NCBI GenBank assembly: GCA_973851085.1
Contig: OZ316775.1
Span: 15,128,001-15,192,000, forward strand
Direction: 5' to 3'
From: Ptychomitrium polyphyllum
Lineage: Eukaryota
Length of the DNA stretch: 64,000 nucleotides
The position numbers and the translations under genes are program-made. The number at the start of each line of letters is the position of its first letter. Positions within the stretch are counted from its first letter, which is position 1. A model generated the notes under the pieces. That model searched no databases and was not told where the DNA came from. It was given only the letters and a program-made list of their open reading frames with translations. Shown here in pieces: positions 54,768-64,000 of this stretch.

Positions 54768-57700
54768 TCATGTGGTTGATTTTTGAAACACTCCTGAATA
54801 ATTGGGAATCTTGTTCAGGTGCTTCAAGGCTTTCTCAGCCAGCTGTTTCGCAGGATTGTTACCATACCGAAAGGCATCAACAAGAGCTGTATGCACGTGA
54901 GGGTCACCAGAAATTTGACAAGCCAGATCACCGTTGCGAAGAACTCGCTCCACCATCCACACTGCCCACTGCCGCAGAACCTCAGTCCGATGCTCTTGCA
55001 TGATGACAAGTATAGGCGATATTGCACCTGCATTTTGTAACACCTGTGAACACAGACATGATTATTAAAATGACGTTGAGCAACCCCTATTAGTATAAAC
55101 GTGAAGTAGCCAAAAACCATAATCTGGGTGCAGATCATACTTATCTACAATTACTTTCATATGCACAGGCCTCACAAATACCCAAATGCTATTGAATGAG
55201 TAACTCAAGGAGATGTTTACTTGTGATCCTCTCTCAATGTCCACAGTATCCATGAGTAACGTCGAAAGGGCGCCGATTGCTGCTTCAACAACACTCGGAT
55301 TTCTGTGATCCAGGCAAGAGACCAAAGGCAGGAGAGCATTGGCTTTCAAGAGACAGAATGTTTCTCTGGCTGAGCATACACCAGAGTGCACAGGACAAAG
55401 ACCAACCACAGGAGCGGGTTTCTGGAAGAAGCAAATCCACATCCCCCTTCCTTGCGGCATCTCTGGAAACTCAGACAGTTGCTTAGACTTCGCCGACAGG
55501 TTTTCAAGTGACAGGGCTGCTGAGATTTGTAACTCATCTAACCCTCCCGTTTGCAAAAGAGATGTGAAAAGTTCAACGAAGTTGTTGTTGATGGCCAAAT
55601 CTAGAAACCTCGGGTCATCCAAAGCGCACGTGAAGCGTGCCAGTATTCCAACTATGCCTGTTTGGAAGGGAGCTATGTGCTTCCTGTCACCGACCCGGAC
55701 AACACCCCTCTTCAGGTCATCTAAACGTTTAATCAGCAAGGTAGGAGCACCCTCGTCCAGCATGGCCCGTGTGAGGTGAATGTCTTTCATGGGTAAGTTT
55801 GCAAGCAACCCCGCAGCCACTGCTTGCTCCTCCATGGGGCTATCCGAGCCTAGGAGCTTGACCAATGTACCCAGCTGACGGGCGGTGACACGCAGACCGT
55901 CTGCAAGCTCTTGGTTCATATGTGGAGAAAGAAGCATCAGTAGCTTCAATGATGTTACCCGCAGATCTGGTTGCGGTGCTTCCAGAAACTGGATAAGACT
56001 CACAGTTGCACCTGCACTCCTGATGTGCTGCACAACCTTGGCGACGACTTGGTTTGAAGAAGCCAATCCAACTAGCACCTGCAACATGAATTGAAAGATC
56101 AAAACCTAGAAACAAACGAAGAGTAAGAGATTAAGCTTAGTTGCAATCTAACACTACATCAATATTTGGAGCAGTTTGAAGGTACGAATACCGTTATAGT
56201 ATTCTAAAAGTAAATTATTGGTACAAGTACATACATAAAAAACGTCTCGCGAAGTCGGAAACAGCCGTAGCAAGAAGGCACACTGACCTGCAGAAGCTTT
56301 GCTTCGATAGCTGGACCAGTATTACTGATCAAGTGCAGAAAACTATGCACGATATACTCTGAAGCCAAAGTGTTTCCATCCTTGTCTACGGGAACGACCT
56401 CCCAATTTGCACCTGAACCTACCACATTGGCCAAGACAGTCGCCGAAATCTCTTTCAGCTTCGTAGGGACTTGGTTAGCCCCAACAACGAACAGGTCTCG
56501 CATCAGAGGAGACAGCACACCAGCCTCAAGCAGGACGTTTCCATTGCTTGGAAGAGTAGACAAACTACGAAGAGCTTTCAGCGCTGCTGCACGAGCCACA
56601 GGATTAGAGCTTGCAAGCATCTCCACAAGTGCAAAGGCTGCTCTCGTCGCACCTCGACTTTTATCTTCAGAAGTCAAGGGTACTATAGACAGATCTTCCG
56701 CCATCTCAATACGAATTTCGTCCGGCCCTGAGCACAACATAATTCCCTTGGGATTGAGCAAGATAGAAAACAACAAATCGGAACAGCGAGTCAAAAAACC
56801 GCGTACACAGCTTAACAATTAGCCACTTTGCTACTAAGAGATTACCTCAAATAAGAATAAACCCGGCACACTAAATTAGAAGGCTAACAGTGGGTCCCCG
56901 GCTCACTCCTGGCTTCTCACCTTCCACAAGTCTTTTAAGAAGTGGCTGAAGGCGCCCATTCTCTGCCATCTGCTTTACATTATTATCACACCGCTCCAGA
57001 TTGGCCAGCGCCAGTTCCGCATGTTCCACTGCTGCCACATCCTCAGAGTTGCTGCTAAGCATTCCTACCAATATCAAAATTGCACCATTTGTGGCTCCAA
57101 TCTTGTTGCAAAGTGATAATGATTTTGACAGTTCATATAGCAGGTACACTGCCCCCTCCCGCTCTCGTGTAAGTTCTCGTGACAAGCACTTCACCACGCG
57201 TGAAAGATTTGTAGCACCAATAGCTTCCTGAAACATCATAAGAGCCCCAAAATAAATATATCATGCTGGAAAGCATATCTGAGTTACACACCTTGAACGT
57301 TAACGAGGAATCAAGGTAACCATCCATTAGAGCAATTCGGTGGAAGAATCATACTGATGCCAATAAACTATATTCAAACCATTAGCACTGATAGGTACTA
57401 AAACTTCACCTTGTTATCTTCATCATCTTCAGCAAGTATGCGAAGGGTACTCAAGGCAAGGCATCGCACTTCTTCACTATTCTTTAAAAGGTCAACCATC
57501 AAAGGTATCAGATCTTCTTGGCGTACTCTGTGCTTGTTCATTCGGTTTTTCCGACACAATGTCTGTAGGTCTGTGAGACCGAACACAATGTCATCATCAG
57601 AGGCACCAGATGTAACGATCTGCTTCACGATCTCAATGCGAGCTTGTTCATTCCTTGCTGTCCACTCCTCAATTGTGTTTCGCAATGCTAGGCTAGGCTT

Positions 57701-58621
57701 TAGAGTCGTATCCACCTTCTGCCCGGTCATAGGGCATACTGTCGGTCGCCCGTTCTCCTTACACTCCTTGAACCAACGCTCAATTGCTACCCGCTCATAA
57801 GTTTGCCCATTCTCAAGAGTGACAGGGTCCTGCATCACCTGCTTGGTCAATGGACACACAAACGCCTCATAAAGTGGCTCTAAGCGTTTATGAAATGGGT
57901 GCACAGCATGCGTTTCTTCAGATTGACTTGGTTGCTCATTCGACTGTAGCCATTTGTCGAACATGCTGCTAACCACACCAAACAAGCGCATATCATTTGC
58001 ATTCTTCGAGTCCTCTACATCCTTCCTCAACAAGTCCAGCTCGTTCCGAAAAGCAGTTGGGTTTCGCGACAAATCCTCTATTCCCACAGTGCGAGCAATA
58101 TCCATTAAAATGGCTTGCTGCACACCAACGTTACCAAGTATACCATTATTTTCTGGCTCCAACGTCTGGCATAACCTGGCCTCGTTGTCCTTGTATGGGA
58201 AATGTGATTCCTGCATTTCCAGAGCTAAATCATCAACCAATGCCTTTAATTGGTCATCACCGTGCAGGGATGACGATGGAATGGAAGACAAGGTCCAGCC
58301 CATTCTGCGCGTGACATCCTCAAGCTGGGCTGAAATCTCACGACAGTGAAGAAGCAAATATATCCGGCTTCGGTTCGTGCAGAACGAGATGAGCTCTAGT
58401 GTTTCTTCCAGATCCTCCTCTAATGCTCGCATTGGTGCCTCCAACTGAAATATGTCTCCTCCATCTTCCAAATCTATGAAAACCTGCTTGACGCTATCTA
58501 AGAGATCTGCTAGAACTTGGAAATTGTCGTGCTCCACAACAACCTTGGTAGCTGCTCGAACTGCCTCCGCAAGCTTGTCCACAAGAAATTGGGTAGCAGA
58601 CTCCGCCATTGGTGGTTGCAT
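54768..58621 (-). CDS. U-box/ARM-repeat E3 ligase of the SAUL1 (PUB42/43/44) clade with an N-terminal UND helical domain, 5 coding exons (58621-57410, 57227-56921, 56727-56288, 56078-55221, 55043-54768), about 1030 aa
   Basis: U-box EPLYEAFVCPLTKQVMQDPVTLENGQTYERVAIERWF, ARM repeats (NVKQMAENGRLQPLL), SAUL1-type GLCPVHSGVCSARETFCL and C-terminal AEKALKHLNKIPNYSGVF. 3093-nt in-frame splice. A leader intron is probable (about 59792-58623). Confidence 0.93.
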
Positions 58622-59912
58622 CCTGTCATTACAACACATACGCAAAACTACACTCAGAGCCTTGCAACATTCTGATCATGCCAGAAGAATCCTAGAGACT
58701 CCCACAACGACTACTCCGTAGTCTCGGCTTACTCCACAGAGCTAAACCAAGCACCTAAGAGACCTAAATCACCAAGTGCCATCGTAATCAAGTTTCTGGT
58801 CCAAGCAAATCGCATCGCAATTCCTCTACTAATCAACAGCAGAAATCTCCATGTCTTTCCTAAAATACTAGGTCAACTCCAGAATCCGAAACCAAGCTGG
58901 GCCGACTTATGCACTAACCAAAGCCGGATATACTTGCTTCTGCACCAACTGGCTCGGTTGAGTGGCCGTATGTATAATCGAAATTACACGGTGCACACCA
59001 AATACAATGTCTGCAATTATACCAAAAGCCTCGCTGACACGCTAGTACTGATGCCCAGTAGTTCAGTAAACCAATAAAAACATCGTCACACTAAAATTTC
59101 CGTAAAAGGTCGCTAAAATGCATCCTCGGAGAAGGGTCACGCTGTCTCAGTACATCTGCTGACAATAGTGCCAGTAAACATTAGAGCATAATGGCCCCAA
59201 AAGTTGGTCAGACAAGTCCCCAGGCTCTACTGCATAAAGATCCCTTTGAAACAGAGCAGCGCAAGAGCAGCTCAAACGCATCTACGATACAATGTGGAAC
59301 ACTTAAAAGATTCAAATAATACGATGCTTGTAGAAGGTGACAACGCCTAATGTAGTATTCGACCAATAAAATGACCATACAGTGCCTAACACTCGACCTA
59401 ATCCGATTCAAATCCGTTTCTCACCGACTAAAAAAATACCCTATTCCAAGGACTTACGTGGGCGCGAAAATATTTCTGAAATCATAATGCGCTTCAGCAC
59501 CAATCTGAGCCTCAGAAGTAAGAGAGCCTCTCAAATATTCTGGGTCACGGTAACCTCCTATTCTTACCCATTACCCCGAAATACTCAGTTCTACAAGAAA
59601 GGCGGCAACTTGAGTTAAGTTGATTGAACACCAACCTACACTTCATCAAGCTGCTTAAGTTGCAAGTACCGCGCATAGTTTACTGATTCCTAGGTTGCCC
59701 GAAAGGGATCCAAAACTAGCACCACTACCGCCGCAGAAGCCAACCTCCGGGACCAAAGGTGGCTCCTTTAGTACCGCCATCGATGAACTAACCTCAGCAG
59801 GCGCCCTGAAGATATCGAACGTACCCAGAAACAAAAAAGCAGAGCACTAAAGCCTTCCAAAACCGCTCTTTCCCCAATCTCAGTGCTGATCCAAGAAACC
59901 AGAAGAAGAAGT

Positions 59913-59923
59913 AAAAAAAAAAA

Positions 59924-59958
<35 letters not shown>
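59913..59958. repeat. Poly-A plus (GA)n tract (a U/CU-rich leader on the minus-strand U-box gene)
   Basis: Directly visible. Confidence 0.9.
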
Positions 59959-59962
<4 letters not shown>

Positions 59963-60933
59963 AAAGAAACTGCAAGAGCTTCAACACAAACGAGTCTCCA
60001 TTCCACAACAAACCCCCGAGTACACCACTCTCACCAACCCTCTTTACCGATTCCTCCATATCCAAACCCCCAAAAAACGTGGAAAACGCAAGAAGGCTCC
60101 AAACTCCCAACCCCAAAAACAACCCTCAGTTCAGAAAAACTATACATGTCGTCCTCGTCCATCATCTCTCCTCCACTGCACCCGGTCGCAACCACCTCCG
60201 CTCCCCAAGCAAACCCTGAGTTTGCTCACATCTTCAACCAGGCTCCACCACCACCACCACCCCCTCAATCGCCCAAGTAACCTCAAAAAGCTAGACTTTC
60301 ACTACTGCGACCCCGTGATCAAGTCAGCAATGCGGCCTAAGCATCACCATGGCGAAGATGCAGCCATCACTTCTGGAGGCAGGCCATTGCTCCGCCCTGC
60401 TCTCCAGGCTTGTAACTCAGCCGTGCAGCCCCCTCCCTCCGCCAAACTCATGGGAGCTACACGGATGCCAGGAGTGTACTGCCGATGCTAAGTTATTCTA
60501 TGCAATGGTAGCGGCTTCCCGGGAAGAAACTCTGGAAGAGACGTTGGAGCATGGGCTGCCGGTCCCACCAGCTACCAGTAGCGACAGCAAAACCAAACAC
60601 TTCCAGGTCCCTGCCTTTTTACTCTAGTATTTCAATACCAGTAAACCTGAGGGCCACCACTCTAATGTGATGCTGGCTGTGCCGTAGCACTGCAAGGCTT
60701 GCCCCACCAGGTTAGCAACCGACCATGCGAAAGCGAGACACCATGCCTCCTCTCGTCCTGGCGAAGGCTGGGATGCTGCAGACTGGACGCAGCGCGAGGC
60801 CTCGCCCTGTGGGCTCTGATCTAGACGACTTGAATGCGGCTGCCCCTGCAGGACGTCCCATCCCCCACCCCCTCCCCCCTCCAGGATGGCCTTTGTCTCC
60901 CACTGTGTGCATTGAGTTGGTGTACTGGTCTGC

Positions 60934-60972
60934 ACTTTCCTTCACTTTCCTTCACTTTCCTTCACTTTCCCC
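60934..60972. repeat. 10-bp tandem repeat (CACTTTCCTT) x about 4
   Basis: Directly visible. Confidence 0.9.
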
Positions 60973-61092
60973 ACGGAGTGATTTTACTTGACTGATCCCA
61001 CTGTAAGGACCAGCTTGACTTCATCCATCTCCCCGTGCCTTGCAGTCCATCCGGGCCGGTCCGGTTCCGGCACTTTTTTGATGGGTTCCCTT

Positions 61093-61237
61093 TACTCATT
61101 GATTTTGCCATTACAAAAAACAATGTTGGTTTGGTGTTGGAAATGTATTGGAATAATGGATATTCAATACCACACATGTTGTTCCAATACATTTTTGACA
61201 CTATTCCAATATCTTTTGTATCGAATATCAGTGAGTA
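61093..61237 (+). ncRNA. Long stem-loop, miRNA-precursor candidate
   Basis: TACTCATTGAT pairs with ATCAGTGAGTA at the base. ATGTTGGTTTGGTGTTGGAAATGTATTGGAATAAT pairs with GTTGTTCCAATACATTTTTGACACTATTCCAATAT, and almost all non-Watson-Crick positions are G:U on the plus strand. Confidence 0.55.
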
Positions 61238-64000
61238 CGAGTGAATTTTGAAGAAGTGTCATACTAATTGCAAGAAAGAAGTTAAATGTTACTTCATGTT
61301 GAGGTCTTACTTGACTTGCAACATGGTTGGTAACTATGTGATAGGTTACATGTATGGAAGTTATTGTAGTATGCTAACTTTAGAACATGGTGTTACGTGC
61401 ACTAATTGATATAAAAATGCTATAATGGGCTAAGCAAGATGAATGGTTTTGTTGGTTGCATGTATAAAGACCTTTAATATGAATATATTCAATATCTTTG
61501 CTCTCCTAAAAAAATGTTTGTTTTGCATGAAACATTATAATCTTGAGTAAATATGGTATGGATGGTGCTATTAGCCAAAGGTAGTGTGTTTTTAATTTTA
61601 AACATATAGCATAATTTAAATTGCAATAGCCAAATTTGAAAATAAAAGTAGAATATTTGCATGAATATAATGTTCTTTTTATTATGTATGTTGATTCTAG
61701 CTTCTTGGAACTAAATCTACTTCAAAGCTACATTTGCTTAGAATCAAGATTAAATACCATAGTTTAGGCTTAAAATATAAGATTAATTTTTATTTTTTTG
61801 TTTTAGAAGATAGATGTTTTCTTATCCTATCAAATAAAAATGACAATAATAAAAATAATGATTAATAATAATATGTGGAGGTTTCAAATTCCAATTTACA
61901 TCTTCAATATATAATACTTGGGAGGAATTCTATTTCTGTACATAATGCTATCAAATGTGGCTAAAATTCTAAACACATGCCTAATATTACAAGATGTAGA
62001 TAAGTTTTTCTTACAAAGTACTTGTTGTTGTAAAATGTATTTATAAAGCCAGCTTTAAAATATGAATTCTTCTATATTATACATGAATTATTTTTAATTG
62101 ATGATTGGTTGAAATTTTATGTACAAACCATTTATTCTTAAGTTGACTTACAAAACTATCTTAAAGAACAAAAAAGTACATGTACTATGCATGTATTGAT
62201 GTCTAAGCAATTAGAACTCAAAGTACTTTGCAATCTAGGACCTTCTGTACATATCAATTATATGTAGATATGTTTATAAGATTCACTTCAAGTCAAGAAT
62301 GTACTTTCAAACAATTGTATTCATTATGTATTAAAAATTTAGAAGTTAAGGTGGTTGGCATTTGAAACTTGTTTATATATCAATTATATTGAAATGCACT
62401 TATAAAAATGACTTTAAGACAAGAATATACTAATCTTATATATTACACAATAATTTATAAATCATTAGTAGTTAAAGTATCTCTATTTAAGATTTAGTAA
62501 ATGTACATAGTATTTTAGATGTACATATAAGGCTAATCATATTAAAAAAAATCTAGCTGCATTTGCATGCTATTATAGATGCTATTATAATAAGTGCTTT
62601 GATTTAAACAATTAGAAACTAAGCAGGTTTATGAAATTTTATACATATTTTTATTACAAAAAGAAAATTTTGCTATATTATTTACACTTTAAATTGTAAT
62701 TAATCAAAATTTAGTTAATTGAAGAATTATGCGCATATAATATAGCTAGTTATTTTAATAATGTAACTTTATGCATTATGTTATACACATGCAAAAAAGC
62801 AAATCTACTTATTTCAACAATTAATATGTATAAATTATTGGATTATAATTTATCACTTTGGAATATACATCATAATTAATATAAATTTGTACACATGTTT
62901 TATATTTTTTTAATTCAAAAATTAAAATCTATACTAATTATATGATGATACACAAATAAAATATAAATTTTTAGGTTTAAAATTGAAATAGTTTTTATAA
63001 GATAAATAAGATATGCTTAAATTTTATTTTTTTTAAGAATCTAATTATGCTATTGTGACTTTACAATTTTATAAATTTTTTGACTTGTTTTGAGAAAGTT
63101 TGATATAATTAAGTTTTTAGTAGATTAATAAATAATAATAATGTAAAGATTTTTTGTTTTATAAAACTTGTCATTTTCATAAATAATCCTTCTTCCAAAT
63201 ACATAAAATTTGTCAACTTCTTTTTATGGATTTAAAATAATCTCTAAAATAAAAATATATTAAATAACCATTAAAAAGGTTTAATTTAAAATTTAAAATA
63301 TTTTTTAAAGAAGTATTTACTAAAAGCCAAAATTAATATGAAATTAGCCCATTATTTGCCAAAACAACAAGTACTTACCTTTTGAAAATAACAACCAGCA
63401 CCTTTGATTCACTAAGCCTTAACCACCAATGCTAAAATTTTGATGAATAATAGTAATATACATGATAATTTATAGTTTTTTTCAATGATGTTCATGGATC
63501 ATTAATAATAATAACAAATTTTTTGCCTTAAATGGTAAAAAATGAAGTTGTAACCATTTAGAGCCTTTTTTTGCTAAATAATTTAATTAAAAATTACTCT
63601 TTTATATTAGTTGCATCCATACAAACTCAAATCAATAAGAAAATTGTCTATAGAAGTGGTTTGTATATCAATAGCTACAGACATTTTACATATTTGTATA
63701 TAGTATTTCAATGGATTAGACACTATTGTCACAAAATTTGGTCTTTAAGGATGTTTTATAACAAAATTGACAACCTTATGTTGATTGAGCCTTGAAGGAG
63801 AATAAATCATTGGATATGTGAATGTCTATGTATTTTGTATTGTGCAATCCAAAGAAACTTAAACGAAGTCAATACCATGATACATTGAATGCAGCATTTT
63901 CCTATCACTTTTATCACCAAATAGGTGATGTATTTCCAGCTCCATGTTGCATGCTGGAAGAAGTGAATTTCAACAAGCAACATAAATGCTGTTGTATTTG

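Noticed and set aside
55277..58721. Several plus-strand ORFs of 69-150 aa over the U-box gene (and similar antisense ORFs over SAC and ALDH3)
   Set aside because: Antisense shadows of real coding exons.
59883..60491. 202-aa Lys/Arg/Pro-rich ORF
   Set aside because: Arises from poly-A/(GA)n and C-rich leader sequence antisense to the U-box 5'UTR; non-ATG start and low complexity.

Overview
Eukaryotic, intron-rich land-plant DNA, most likely a moss (inferred from gene content, intron style and the alternation of GC-moderate gene islands with very AT-rich, CpG-poor deserts). I assembled spliced models by hand from GT-AG sites with frame checks. Eight protein-coding genes are recognisable: SNAPIN/BLOC-1 subunit (-), an APC/LAT-PUT-type amino-acid/polyamine transporter (+), SMP-30/regucalcin-type lactonase (+), FIG4-type SAC phosphoinositide phosphatase (-), PADRE/DUF4228 protein (-), ALDH3 (+), SDIR1-type RING-H2 E3 ligase (-) and a SAUL1/PUB42-44-type U-box/ARM ligase (-). 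There is also an F-box pseudogene and a fold-back repeat. The most interesting signals are largely invisible in the ORF track: (i) a fully intact 9-exon transporter gene inside an AT desert; (ii) a non-coding minus-strand unit at about 16.5-17.9 kb with a strong miRNA-like hairpin (similar to moss miR1215 as I recall it) and further hairpins; (iii) a spliced 136-aa FAR1/WRKY-GCM1-like zinc-finger gene head-to-head with ALDH3; (iv) a second 145-nt strand-specific hairpin at 61.1 kb. No database searches or folding programs were run.
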